DNA of 64,000 nucleotides from an uncultured virus (IMG/VR IMGVR_UViG_3300033074_000747) (IMGVR_UViG_3300033074_000747); one strand, 5' to 3'; positions 9,455 through 19,079 are shown, counted from the first letter of the stretch. Numbers and translations: made by a program. The notes: generated by a model from the sequence alone, not told the origin.

Positions 9455-10372
9455 TCAGACGGCCGCGTTCTCCACGGTCAGGGGCAGGATGTCGTCAGCC
9501 GCGTCGTCCTCGCCCGAGTTGGCGATCGGAGGTCCGCCCGCCTGCCCGGTGAAGTAGCTGAGGACCATGTCGCTGACGGTCTGCTCCTGCGATCGGTTAT
9601 TCGTCGGTATCAGCTCCAGCATCTCGCGGAGGTTCTCCACGGTGTACTGCTCGCCCGCCAGTCGCTGGGCGTGCTTGATCCGGGCCTCCTCGTCCGCCAC
9701 GTTGGCGGTGATCTGGCGGATCAGGTTGACCTTCTCCTTGGCCACGATCTTGCGGGCCGCAGCCAGGGCCTCTCGGTCGCCTGGGGTCATCAAGGCGTAC
9801 ATCTGCTCTCGGTTCATGGTGGGTGTCCCGTTGCTGGTGGTCTTCTTGTTCTTTGCCGACTTCTTGTTCTTCGGCATGTCCTCGTACTCTTCCTCTTCCT
9901 CCTCCATGTCGTCGGCGTTCTCGACGTCCTCCTCGTCCTCACGCTTGGCGATCTTCTCCTTGATGAACGCTGGCATCTCGCCGTTCTTCGTACCCTTCTT
10001 GTTCTCGTAGGTCATCTCTCCAGACTCCCGCAGTCGCGCCATCATGGCGTCATACTCGTCCGGGTCGTCCGCTCCACGGCCCCCCTCCCGCTCGTTCTTC
10101 GCCTTGGCGTTCTTCGCCGCTGCCTTCTTGGCGTTGGTCAGCGGGCGATACTGGAGGCTGCCGTTGGCGGTGATCCGGTACTCGTTGTCACCGATAGCGA
10201 ACCCGGTGCGTGCCGCGTTCGCCACGGTCGAGTCGGACACCAGCTGTTCAAGCTGGGCGTCCTGCATTCCGTTGAGCACCTTCTCCTGCCCCTTCCAGCA
10301 TGAGCAGTTCGTGGTCAGGTACTCGATGGCCTTCGTGCGATCCATGATTATAGGTCTCCTCGGTTTGTTCAT
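9455..10372 (-). CDS. Capsid scaffolding protein
   Basis: Acidic and charged helical protein upstream of the decoration and MCP genes; many [TVI]AN/xN motifs. Confidence 0.6.
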   Translation of the reverse strand: MNKPRRPIIMDRTKAIEYLTTNCSCWKGQEKVLNGMQDAQLEQLVSDSTVANAARTGFAIGDNEYRITANGSLQYRPLTNAKKAAAKNAKAKNEREGGRGADDPDEYDAMMARLRESGEMTYENKKGTKNGEMPAFIKEKIAKREDEEDVENADDMEEEEEEYEDMPKNKKSAKNKKTTSNGTPTMNREQMYALMTPGDREALAAARKIVAKEKVNLIRQITANVADEEARIKHAQRLAGEQYTVENLREMLELIPTNNRSQEQTVSDMVLSYFTGQAGGPPIANSGEDDAADDILPLTVENAAV

Positions 10373-11271
10373 GCTGGGACTGATGTCTGCCAGTTATCAC
10401 TCGTCGATCTCGCCGGGGTCGCCCCTGTCTCGGTCCAGTCGCGGTTGGCTACCCCGACGCCACCGCCCATCTTCTGATAGATGTGACTCACCACGGCCCA
10501 GTACTCCTCGCCGCCGTACCCGCCCTTGTCCGCCGCTGCCTTGGCCCGCTCCCACTTGTCCTCGTCCTGGACCCAGCTGGCGGGGTTCTGGCCGGTCGCC
10601 TCGTACTCCAGGTTGGCGCTGGACCCTAGCTCCCGGTCGCGGTCGGTCAGGATCATCGACCCCCTCTGGGCTGCCTCGTGCGGCTCGCCCTTGCCTGATC
10701 CCGAGCCTACTGGCTTCCATCGGCCTGTGTTCTTGGAGTGAACCTGGCCCGGCTTGGCATTGACGATAGTCTGCCAGTAAGAGGTCCGGTCGACATTGTT
10801 CCACTCCGCTCCGTTCGCCAGGATGTTCTGCGCTGCTGCGATCTTGCTGGCTGCCTCGGCCGACCCTACCTTGGTGCCAACGATACCCTTGGACTCCGGC
10901 TTCTTGTCCTTACCCTTCTTGCCGCCCTTGAGAGACTCCTCGTGTGCCTTCTGCTCCTCTTCTTCCTCCTCGGCCTTGTCCGCTTCCTCCTCCGGAGAGA
11001 ACCGGCCGCCGTCGTCTCGACTGGCATTGAGGATCGCTTCGGCTCGGGCTATCGCATTGCCCACCCGGCACGGGCCGCAGCTGCCGCCGCAGTTGCAGGA
11101 CGACTTCTCGTCATCCTTCTCGTTCTCGGTGACCTCTCCGAACAGTTCGTCTACCAGGCTCATGCGTTCCTCGTCTGTCAGTGGGCGACCCAGGTCGTCC
11201 TCGATATCAGTGATGGAATCCTCGACGATAAGCTCCATGTCCGCGATCAGGTCATATTCCTTGGTTAGCAT
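10369..11271 (-). CDS. Head-associated modular protein
   Basis: Segments bounded by N-motifs (LNASRDDGGRFS, VNAKPGQVHSKNTGRW); C-terminal DEDKWERAK...YWAVVSHIYQKMGG domain. Confidence 0.5.
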   Translation of the reverse strand: MLTKEYDLIADMELIVEDSITDIEDDLGRPLTDEERMSLVDELFGEVTENEKDDEKSSCNCGGSCGPCRVGNAIARAEAILNASRDDGGRFSPEEEADKAEEEEEEQKAHEESLKGGKKGKDKKPESKGIVGTKVGSAEAASKIAAAQNILANGAEWNNVDRTSYWQTIVNAKPGQVHSKNTGRWKPVGSGSGKGEPHEAAQRGSMILTDRDRELGSSANLEYEATGQNPASWVQDEDKWERAKAAADKGGYGGEEYWAVVSHIYQKMGGGVGVANRDWTETGATPARSTSDNWQTSVPA

Positions 11272-12452
11272 CAGATACCCGCCCTCATGAATGCTCCAAC
11301 TGACCCACTGACCCGTTCATAGATCTTATCTCTAGCAGCTGCTGCGTTCTTGAACTTCTGTGAGAGACCCATTGCCTTGGCGACCCTGTGTGGTGACTGT
11401 TTTCCAATTAGTTCGTCAACCTGCCTGTCCATCTCTTTATAGTCTTGAGTCACACCCTTGCCTCGACCACTCACACCTCGTCCGCCACTGCTCTTTGCCT
11501 CACTGATGAACTTGTCCTTCAGATCGTTAATCTTGGTCGCTGTATCCTTGGCCTGAGCCTCCGCCTTCTCAACGGACTTGGAGGTCACCTTAGACTTGAC
11601 TGATACCTTCGCGGCCTTCTCGTCCATCTGAGCCTTCTTCAGCTCGGCCTTCAACGAGTCGAGCTTGGCCTTCGCCTCGGCCACCTTGGCCTTGAGCTTC
11701 TCGACCTTCGACCCGCCCTTGTCGCCCTTCGATGAACCCTTGCCACCGCCTGCGGCACCATCCTTGCAGGTGTCACCACCGTGCTGGTTGCACCAGTTCA
11801 CCGCCAGGTCGGTCCAATCCTGAAGGTCGGTCCAATCCTCGATGGATCTGGCACCGTCGGAGAGTTGATTCACGAAGATCCCGCACCCGTCGTGGTTACT
11901 GCAAGCGCCCACCTGGTCAGGCAGGACAGCGAGATGGTCTGGTCGGTAGTTTCGGGCCTCGCGGTCGTAGGCGCGGCCCCGGCTGTCGAACCCCGGCTTG
12001 ACTGGCACGCTGTCAGTACCAAGGCCGGTGGAGACCTCGATGGGGATGCCCTTCAGCAGTCGCGGGAGCACGCGCGCGCCTGGATGGAGTGTCTTGTCGG
12101 CGGCCTTGACCCTCTCGACGTCGAACCAGCTCTCGGCCTTCAACTTGCCGTCCGGGTCGACTCGATCCTTGCGGACCTCGCCGATCACCAGGCCCTTACC
12201 CTCGTCGCGATCCGACTCGTCAGTGTTGGCGCTGACGGGCGTGCCGTTGCGGGTGGGGTGGTACAGGACGAGCGGCGTGCCGTCCCAGGAACCCTCGCTC
12301 TTGCGGTTCTGGTCTTCGGTGTAGTTGAGTGGCCCCTGGCTACCGGCAAGGACACCAGGGGTGATGAGAGTTGTAGGCGCGACAAGGTAGGTCTTACCGT
12401 TGCGTCGTACCTCGCGGGCCTTACCAGATATGTTAGCGACCAGGGTGTCCAT
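11271..12452 (-). CDS. Prohead protease (DUF2213-like) with a C-terminal extension
   Basis: WDGTPLVLYHP, IEVSTGL and PDHLAVLPDQVGACS..DGCG signature; upstream of the scaffold and MCP genes. Confidence 0.8.
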   Translation of the reverse strand: MDTLVANISGKAREVRRNGKTYLVAPTTLITPGVLAGSQGPLNYTEDQNRKSEGSWDGTPLVLYHPTRNGTPVSANTDESDRDEGKGLVIGEVRKDRVDPDGKLKAESWFDVERVKAADKTLHPGARVLPRLLKGIPIEVSTGLGTDSVPVKPGFDSRGRAYDREARNYRPDHLAVLPDQVGACSNHDGCGIFVNQLSDGARSIEDWTDLQDWTDLAVNWCNQHGGDTCKDGAAGGGKGSSKGDKGGSKVEKLKAKVAEAKAKLDSLKAELKKAQMDEKAAKVSVKSKVTSKSVEKAEAQAKDTATKINDLKDKFISEAKSSGGRGVSGRGKGVTQDYKEMDRQVDELIGKQSPHRVAKAMGLSQKFKNAAAARDKIYERVSGSVGAFMRAGI

Positions 12453-12458
12453 ACCCCT

Positions 12459-12487
12459 AGCCTAGCTAAATCAGGAAAATGCGTAAA
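12459..12487 (-). promoter_or_regulatory. Sigma70-like promoter TTTACG-N17-TAGGCT, possibly producing a leaderless protease mRNA
   Basis: The -10 element ends 7 nt upstream of the ATG at 12452. The same TTTAC -35 occurs at 29640 and 31845. Confidence 0.45.
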
Positions 12488-12514
12488 GGTAGGAGTGGCA
12501 AAGTTTAATGACGT

Positions 12515-12775
12515 TTACTCTGCGTTAGGACTGGCGAGGATACGCACGTGGCGGTATCGGAAGACATTGTCCGGCCCGGTCTTCTCGCGCAGGATCGCCT
12601 GGTGGTGCGGCTTGATCTTCTTGCGGATGCGGAACAGGTGGACCGTCACCGTACAGGTGTCAGCCAGCTCGTCGCCCATCACCCTGCGCATCTCCTCCAG
12701 GGTGTGGTATCGGCCGTCCGAGAGCAGGTCAACGATCCTCTGCTCCGTAGGTGTAAATCGTACACCGTCTATCAT
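12515..12775 (-). CDS. Stand-alone OmpR/PhoB-type winged-helix DNA-binding protein
   Basis: FTPTEQRIVDLL...TVTVHLFRIRKKI matches the Trans_reg_C pattern. Confidence 0.7.
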   Translation of the reverse strand: MIDGVRFTPTEQRIVDLLSDGRYHTLEEMRRVMGDELADTCTVTVHLFRIRKKIKPHHQAILREKTGPDNVFRYRHVRILASPNAE

Positions 12776-12804
12776 GGCTGGGTTCCTCCGTTGTCGGGTT
12801 AGGG

Positions 12805-13101
12805 TTAGTCAACCAACGTGATCGTCTCTGCCGAGTCTCCGACTCCTATCAGTTCAGTCAGGGCAGCCGCCACCCCGGATCTGTCCTCGGCCTGGCTACG
12901 GGCGGCCTCGATCAGCTCTACGCCAAGCTGGAGCGTGTCCTGGGCCTTACCCTTGGCGGCGAACTCTCGCAGCTTCTCGAACGGCCGGGGCAGCTTCCGC
13001 GCCCACTCCTGGAAGGTAGTCCAGGCTCCTATCGGTGCGAGGTAGAGAGGTTCCCACGGTTCGCCGGGTCCGCTGAATACTACTGAGTACGCCATCATCA
13101 A
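12805..13101 (-). CDS. Hypothetical protein
   Basis: Coupled ORF downstream of the effector polyprotein. Confidence 0.45.
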   Translation of the reverse strand: MMMAYSVVFSGPGEPWEPLYLAPIGAWTTFQEWARKLPRPFEKLREFAAKGKAQDTLQLGVELIEAARSQAEDRSGVAAALTELIGVGDSAETITLVD

Positions 13102-13337
13102 TCTCCGAATAAACTGAACCTGGGGAGCACGGCCGACATATCGCCGCAGCTAACTACCAGATCTGTGGATTTAACCAGTCCGATGTATTTCTCGTAATTC
13201 CAGGTGGACCAGTCCCCTTTGGTGACTTGTGCGTAGGCGGCTATCACGGCCTGGACCGGATCAAGACAGTAGCCCCGCCACTTGCCCGTCGATAGGTCCA
13301 ATACTTCGGTCATGGTTACTTCTCGACCTTTGTCCAT
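13098..13337 (-). CDS. Hypothetical protein
   Basis: Overlaps the end of the 13316 ORF; start may be the internal MTEVLDL. Confidence 0.45.
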   Translation of the reverse strand: MDKGREVTMTEVLDLSTGKWRGYCLDPVQAVIAAYAQVTKGDWSTWNYEKYIGLVKSTDLVVSCGDMSAVLPRFSLFGD

Positions 13338-15706
13338 GCCCCTGTAACCTGATCTTTATACACTACTGGGAATGGCCATTCGGCTGCCTCCTCTTTCTCA
13401 AATCGGCTCATATGCTTGGTCACCACCAGACCCTTGATCTCTGATGGTGGTATCTTATCAGCGTACACTCTGCGCTCGAACTCGTAGTCATCGGTATCTG
13501 GGGCCTGGTGATCCTCAATCTTGCCATGATCCTTCAAAGTATCCTCATCCATTACGAACACATACCGTCCAAAACGACCACCCTGCCCCTCGGTCGTCCA
13601 ATCAAGGTTAGATGACATCGAAGTGCTCCCTATATTCCCGCCCGCTCCACCTCCGAATACAGACTCCTCTCCTGGGGTGAATCCTTTCTCCATCACCTGG
13701 ATGGCGGCCTTTGTTGTATGGAATACCGGGGTCTTTACCCCAGGGAAATTGGATGATACGCCTTCCCAGTCCTTGCCGTGATCTCCGTATCTTGCAGCTA
13801 TGGCTTCCTCTTTTTGTCGTTGCATGTACTCGGCATGACTAGTCGATCCGGCTGATCCCGTTGAACTACAACTGTTATCCCTAGCACCTTCTCCGGGACA
13901 AAAGGCATTCAGCACGTCCCGCCACTGGTTTGCCACCGCCGCCACCCTCTGCCGCAGCCGCCGGGCCTGTTCGCGGAGGAGGTCTTTCTTGAGTGCCTTG
14001 CGTTCCTTGTCTCTTCTGCGAACCGATTCATGCGTTTGTTTGGCCTGTCCTCTCAGCTTGGTGAGACGGTCTCCGGACGGCAGTGACCCCTGGGCCTTCT
14101 CAGACAGTTGGTCATCCGGGGTTCCGATGAGCTTCTTCAGCTCGCGCATGTCCTTCACCGGCTGCATCTGACTCAGGCTGTACCGGTCGCTGCCCCTCTT
14201 GTAGTAGATCCGGTTGCCGCTGAAGTTCTCCTTGTTGACCCCTCCGCCGTAGGTCTCCCGGTCGTCGATCACCACCGTGTGGAACGGGTTGCCGGTCGCC
14301 TCGGCGTGGTCCACCTTCCGTACCAATGAGTCGGGGTGGACGCTGATCGAGGTCTTGGAACCCACGGTCATGGACTTCACCTCGATGTCGTGGTCCTGCC
14401 CCTTGATCCGCAGCTTCACGTCGTAGGGCTTCTTGTCCTTCTGACCTGGGTCGGTCGTCTCCTCCTCCGGTATCCCGCCGATGCCCTTAGCTACTTCGTG
14501 CTTCACCTTCTCAGCGTGGTTGTGGATCTTGCCGTCCACCCTCGCGCCGACGTACTTGCCGCCTCCACCGCCCTCCCTAGCCGAGCAGGAATTGTCGTGG
14601 CCACCTCCCTGACCGGTGGGGCAGAAGGCATTAGCTACGTTAATCTGTATGGAAGATGGGTCAAATACTACTAATACTTTTTTTCGGTCCTCCCAGGTTA
14701 TGACTGAATCGTACCCCTTCTCTTGCAGTATGTCGGTCAGTAATACGCCCCAGGGTTTGTCAGATCCTGCTTCCCGCCGCCTTTCCATCTCTGGCCTAAA
14801 TGGACTCTTTGGGCCGGACAGGAAAGGCATATCACCGGTTTCCTCAAAGTCCATATGATCCATCTGTATATAAGGGTTCTTTACAGTTAGCTTCGCGTCC
14901 AAAACTTCTTCACCATACCCTGACGCATGTCTTCTACGGTCAGTGCTACCGGGCCTTGGCAAACCTGATTTAATTTCATCTTCAGTAGGATCTATGAAAA
15001 AGTATACTCCGGCTCCATAATATTGGGTTTTGCCCTCCTCCAAACTGAATCCTTTTGCGCGAACTTTAGTAGCAGAATCCTTAGACGTACCATGAGACCC
15101 TGAGCAAGAGTTATCCCTGCCGCCACCCTCCCCTGTAGGGCAGAAGGCATTCGTCACAGGTATGTAGGACTGAGCCCATGACTCTGCTGAATCCTCGTCC
15201 GTACCCAGGATCGAGTGACCGATCTCATGAAATAGTGTCCGTGGGGAATCTGACTCTCCGTCCCACGTCGAGGCAAATACCGTGCCGGTCTCGAAGTCGA
15301 ACGCTCCTCGCACCTGACCACTCTCCTCGATCCCAGGGTCCACCCCGATCTCCTCCATGCGAGCATACATGTCTTCCGGGTTCTCGAACACCTCGATCCG
15401 CTTGGCTACTGACTGCATCATCTGGGACTGGGGTATCTTACTGACCCATCCGGCGGCCTTCGCTGCAACCTCCTCGGAAGTAGACTCAGGGTCAAAGTCG
15501 ATCGCCACGTTGCCATAGGCCGTCTTCACGCTGCCCGCTGACTTGAAGGTTCGGTCTGAACCGTAGGGGTCCGCTGACATTCCACCCTTTGAGCTGCATA
15601 AATTATCCCTCGCGCCCTCTCCGGGACAGAAGGCATTTTCTACAGAATCGCCTATAGATTTAATAATCCTGGACATAGAGTCTTCTGGCAAGTCTACAGC
15701 TAACAT
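13316..15706 (-). CDS. Four-domain effector polyprotein: HExxH metallopeptidase-like, ART-PolyVal-like, PD-(D/E)XK nuclease-like and a second ART-like domain
   Basis: TLFHEIGH; HGT...YGAGVYF...KNPY...GYDSV...VVFDPSSI; PYDV...DIEVKS; VFHTT...STSMS...EFERRV. Each domain is preceded by NAFCP..DNxCS. Confidence 0.65.
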   Translation of the reverse strand: MLAVDLPEDSMSRIIKSIGDSVENAFCPGEGARDNLCSSKGGMSADPYGSDRTFKSAGSVKTAYGNVAIDFDPESTSEEVAAKAAGWVSKIPQSQMMQSVAKRIEVFENPEDMYARMEEIGVDPGIEESGQVRGAFDFETGTVFASTWDGESDSPRTLFHEIGHSILGTDEDSAESWAQSYIPVTNAFCPTGEGGGRDNSCSGSHGTSKDSATKVRAKGFSLEEGKTQYYGAGVYFFIDPTEDEIKSGLPRPGSTDRRRHASGYGEEVLDAKLTVKNPYIQMDHMDFEETGDMPFLSGPKSPFRPEMERRREAGSDKPWGVLLTDILQEKGYDSVITWEDRKKVLVVFDPSSIQINVANAFCPTGQGGGHDNSCSAREGGGGGKYVGARVDGKIHNHAEKVKHEVAKGIGGIPEEETTDPGQKDKKPYDVKLRIKGQDHDIEVKSMTVGSKTSISVHPDSLVRKVDHAEATGNPFHTVVIDDRETYGGGVNKENFSGNRIYYKRGSDRYSLSQMQPVKDMRELKKLIGTPDDQLSEKAQGSLPSGDRLTKLRGQAKQTHESVRRRDKERKALKKDLLREQARRLRQRVAAVANQWRDVLNAFCPGEGARDNSCSSTGSAGSTSHAEYMQRQKEEAIAARYGDHGKDWEGVSSNFPGVKTPVFHTTKAAIQVMEKGFTPGEESVFGGGAGGNIGSTSMSSNLDWTTEGQGGRFGRYVFVMDEDTLKDHGKIEDHQAPDTDDYEFERRVYADKIPPSEIKGLVVTKHMSRFEKEEAAEWPFPVVYKDQVTGAWTKVEK
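13865..13909 (-). repeat. Peptide-coding repeat NAFCPGEGARDNSCS
   Basis: Read directly; copy 4 of 4 in the 13316 ORF. Confidence 0.95.
14582..14632 (-). repeat. Peptide-coding repeat NAFCPTGQGGGHDNSCS
   Basis: Read directly; copy 3 of 4 in the 13316 ORF. Confidence 0.95.
15101..15151 (-). repeat. Peptide-coding repeat NAFCPTGEGGGRDNSCS
   Basis: Read directly; copy 2 of 4 in the 13316 ORF. Confidence 0.95.
15593..15637 (-). repeat. Peptide-coding repeat NAFCPGEGARDNLCS
   Basis: Read directly; copy 1 of 4 in the 13316 ORF. Confidence 0.95.
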
Positions 15707-15708
15707 AA

Positions 15709-18663
15709 TTACACCCCCAAATACTCAACTTCGACATGATTAGGTCCTGACCCAGTCACACGAAACCGAGCGTTTGCTGGAAGCAATATCTCGGACGCCC
15801 TCGCTTCCACGAATACTCCAGGAGATCCTTGTTTGGCACTAATCCTCATCTGGTATTTACCAAAGATATTGGCTACATCGCTGGATCTTGATGTGCTACA
15901 AAACTTAGCGCCTACTGTCATCTCCTCTCCAACAGATAGACTCCTTAGACTATCTATGTACGGACCCTCCAGACCCCTATACAAAGTCTCGTCTTGTGGT
16001 AGCGAATTGGAGGTGACTATATCTTGCAGAATCTTGCCTTCCTCTGTTGGCTCGCCTGTAAACACGTTAGTGTAAGTTATAGGGGCATCATTAGTGTACC
16101 TTATAACCAGTGGATGATCGTTTGCTTGTCCGTATAGTTTAGTGGTGTCTTTGGCGGATTCTACCATCCTATCGAGTGATTCTTCTGAGAAAGATCTATG
16201 ACTCCCTGTTTTGTCAAGAGCATCTTTGAGCTTTGCCAGTGACTCTTTAACCTTAGCTCCTACTGACTCCAGAACCTCTGAACTGACCCTGGATGGATCC
16301 CTACCTTTCTTCTCTTTCTTTGACAACTCCTTCAGCGCCCCCGGCCCCTTGACTATCTCCCCATCCTCACCGATTTGAACGTGGGTGCCCTTGATCGTAA
16401 TCCAATCGCCCTCCTCGGCATTATTAATTGAAGAGAACATATTGTCAACCAACGCCATAGCCTCGTACTCCCAGTCGGCCAACAGCACTGGTCGAGGATC
16501 GGTTCTCTGATTGAGGATGCTATGCGGCCGCACCGGGTCCAGGTCGATGGTGAACTCGTCGTCGTCCTCCGCGCTCGCGCGTACCGCCCGCTCGATGGAC
16601 TTGGCTCCACGTACCTGGTCATCCTCATCCTCGCCCACGTTGGCAGGAGTCCAGCTACATCTGCAGTGAGGGTGACGTGGGATGAGGCCCCTCGCCTCCT
16701 CGATCTTCAGCACTACGCCCTCCATCGCCTCACACTTAGGGCATACCTTCTCGTCGGGGGTGACGATCCACTCGACCATCACGCCGACCTCCTCCACCCC
16801 CAGGTTCTCCAGCGCGTCCAGCTGGCCCTCGGAGTGGGCACGTATCAGCTCGGTCCTTGCGATGCTCTCGGCCCGCACCCGGCTGATCCCATCCACGCTC
16901 TCCGTGATCTGACGTGCCACCTCGTCGGGGGCTGCCCCGGTCACCAGCCCCTCGCTCAGGGCGCGGAGGGTCTTGGTGCTCATCTCCTCGGTCATCCCCT
17001 CCAGGTCTACCATCGCCCTCTTGACCAGTGACTCCAGCCGCTCCCTCTGTGCCCTCTGGGCAAAGCTATCCTTGAGGAACTGCTCGCGGCTTCCCTGGTA
17101 GAAGGATGCCGGGTCGGACACCCTCACCGGCCGCCCCTTGGGTCCTGCCTTGCCAGCCTTCATCCGGGCCTGGGCCGTGTCGTCGAACGCTCGCCCAGCC
17201 CCGCGCGCGTACCCCTGGCGTATGTACTCGGCCCACACGTCAAGGTTCTCGTCGCTCAGCAGCTCCTCGTGCAGGGTCTCCCTCAGCCAACTCTCGAACC
17301 GGGCAATACGATCCGCCACGGGGAGATGAGACCAGGACACGTTAGCCGTCGGCCCCAGCTCGATCAGCGTCTTGTTCCCAACCTTGTCGGAGAAGGTAAG
17401 CCGGTCGAAGGTCAGCTCAGCCCCCTCTCCCTGCCAGCTGCCCACGTACTTCCTCCCCTCGCCCGGCCGGAGGTAGGCGACCGTGATGTGAGGCCGGTAG
17501 ACGGGGTGGGTGTCGGTGTGCTTCAGAGACCCGGAGAGTAGCTTATTCAGTCGGTAGAGGTCATCTCCTTCCACGTCCACCTTCAGCACGTCGTACATAT
17601 CACTTCCGCGCTGGGCCTGCCCCTCGTTGGCTGGGAAGAGGCTCAGCGGTCCCAGTTTGATCTTCACCGGGCCGAACCCCGACACGACCTGGCGAACCCT
17701 CTCGGCGTCGTCGGCGTGCAGGCCGTACTTTACCGTGACATGGGGGTCCGTCTCCCGTCCGTGCTTTGCCAGCTCCTCGTCGGGTATCCGGGCGGCCTCC
17801 TGGAAGATGAGGCCTGACACCGATCCCTCGGGCAGGTCGAACTGGGTGGAGCTGAACTCGAACGGCCCCTCGCGGTTCTCCAGTAGAGTGTTTGACGTAA
17901 GACCCTTATGATTAAAAACTGCATATGTGTGATCAGTCTTCTTGACACCATTTACTCCAGCTCGCGATAATGATACTTGAATATCCCTCTCTATCGGTCC
18001 ACGAACTTGAGATTTGATCGCCTTCATTTCCTCTTTAGATATTCTGCCGGCATCATAATCTGCTTCCGCATTGTCCTCAATATCGTATCTACGAGACCTA
18101 ACTTTTTTATCAACTTCATCGTACAACCTACGACCGTACTCAGAAGTCAGATCTAGTATAGAGCTTACCGGCTTGACCTCATGAACTTTACCATAACTTG
18201 ACGCACTGGTCTCATCATCGAAGAACCATGTCCCGAGATCCGACTGATTTCCGCCAGTCATGGGGCTGTCGGAGTCGCTACCCCTATATAGTCTGGGAGA
18301 CTTGATAAGCTGAGATCTATCAACCCTGACCTTGACGTCGATACCTCCATTGCCCCCCTTGGGGCTGCAACTGTTATCGCGAGCGCCCTCCCCAGGACAG
18401 AAAGCATTGAACACGCCTTGGCCCGGCTCCCGGCTCTTCAGTCCCAGAGCGTCGTCCTTCACCAGCAGGTCGAAGATCCGCATCTTGATACGCGACATCT
18501 TGGCCCGCAGCTTCTGGAGGAATACCCTGCGCATCGTGGCCGTGCGCGTGGGATCGGCCTTCAGCGGGTTTGGCCCCTTCAGCCTCTTGGCCTTGGTAGG
18601 CTTGCCCCGCTTCTTGGTGTTGGCCGAATAAAGTGCCTGACGTTTTCTCGATCGGACCTTCAT
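15709..18663 (-). CDS. MuF/gp7-family head morphogenesis protein fused to ART-like, 2H phosphoesterase and VIP2-like ART domains
   Basis: MuF: RAESIARTE...VCPKC...PRHPHCRC. 2H: PHVT/PHIT. C-terminal ART: LYRG...FCSTS...SEILL. N-terminal domain: LYRG...GTWF...SYG...YAVFN. Confidence 0.85.
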   Translation of the reverse strand: MKVRSRKRQALYSANTKKRGKPTKAKRLKGPNPLKADPTRTATMRRVFLQKLRAKMSRIKMRIFDLLVKDDALGLKSREPGQGVFNAFCPGEGARDNSCSPKGGNGGIDVKVRVDRSQLIKSPRLYRGSDSDSPMTGGNQSDLGTWFFDDETSASSYGKVHEVKPVSSILDLTSEYGRRLYDEVDKKVRSRRYDIEDNAEADYDAGRISKEEMKAIKSQVRGPIERDIQVSLSRAGVNGVKKTDHTYAVFNHKGLTSNTLLENREGPFEFSSTQFDLPEGSVSGLIFQEAARIPDEELAKHGRETDPHVTVKYGLHADDAERVRQVVSGFGPVKIKLGPLSLFPANEGQAQRGSDMYDVLKVDVEGDDLYRLNKLLSGSLKHTDTHPVYRPHITVAYLRPGEGRKYVGSWQGEGAELTFDRLTFSDKVGNKTLIELGPTANVSWSHLPVADRIARFESWLRETLHEELLSDENLDVWAEYIRQGYARGAGRAFDDTAQARMKAGKAGPKGRPVRVSDPASFYQGSREQFLKDSFAQRAQRERLESLVKRAMVDLEGMTEEMSTKTLRALSEGLVTGAAPDEVARQITESVDGISRVRAESIARTELIRAHSEGQLDALENLGVEEVGVMVEWIVTPDEKVCPKCEAMEGVVLKIEEARGLIPRHPHCRCSWTPANVGEDEDDQVRGAKSIERAVRASAEDDDEFTIDLDPVRPHSILNQRTDPRPVLLADWEYEAMALVDNMFSSINNAEEGDWITIKGTHVQIGEDGEIVKGPGALKELSKKEKKGRDPSRVSSEVLESVGAKVKESLAKLKDALDKTGSHRSFSEESLDRMVESAKDTTKLYGQANDHPLVIRYTNDAPITYTNVFTGEPTEEGKILQDIVTSNSLPQDETLYRGLEGPYIDSLRSLSVGEEMTVGAKFCSTSRSSDVANIFGKYQMRISAKQGSPGVFVEARASEILLPANARFRVTGSGPNHVEVEYLGV
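18364..18408 (-). repeat. Peptide-coding repeat NAFCPGEGARDNSCS
   Basis: Read directly; lies inside the MuF ORF. Confidence 0.95.
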
Positions 18664-18680
18664 AATACGATTACCCAGTG

Positions 18681-19079
18681 CTAGACGTTGGAGGCAGCAA
18701 TCTTGATATACCCGTGGATAATAACGTCAACTTGCCCTGACCCACTGGCCTTCACCTTGGGGTAGGTTCCAGCCCTACATATGTGAGGGACTGGCAGTGT
18801 CTGGTATGCCATGACACTCGTAGTGACCACTCCCCTGGCAATTAACTCGCCTACGCTTAATGAGCTGTCAGGCCCGTCGAACAATTGGAGTATGATAGAC
18901 CCGCCTATGGCGGTCGTGGACATCGAGCAGCTGGTAATAACCACCTCGTCGTCGTCTGCTAAACTGATCGTCGTGGTACCAGACCCACCTAGTTCATAGA
19001 GTGTGAGTCGACTAGCCTCCTCGCTCAGGTTACTGGCATCTGCACTGCTGAACTCTCCGTGAAATGGCTTGGTCTTCAT
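18681..19079 (-). CDS. Small beta-rich virion structural protein
   Basis: Start MKTKPF overlaps the upstream stop (ATGA); jelly-roll-like composition. Confidence 0.45.
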   Translation of the reverse strand: MKTKPFHGEFSSADASNLSEEASRLTLYELGGSGTTTISLADDDEVVITSCSMSTTAIGGSIILQLFDGPDSSLSVGELIARGVVTTSVMAYQTLPVPHICRAGTYPKVKASGSGQVDVIIHGYIKIAASNV

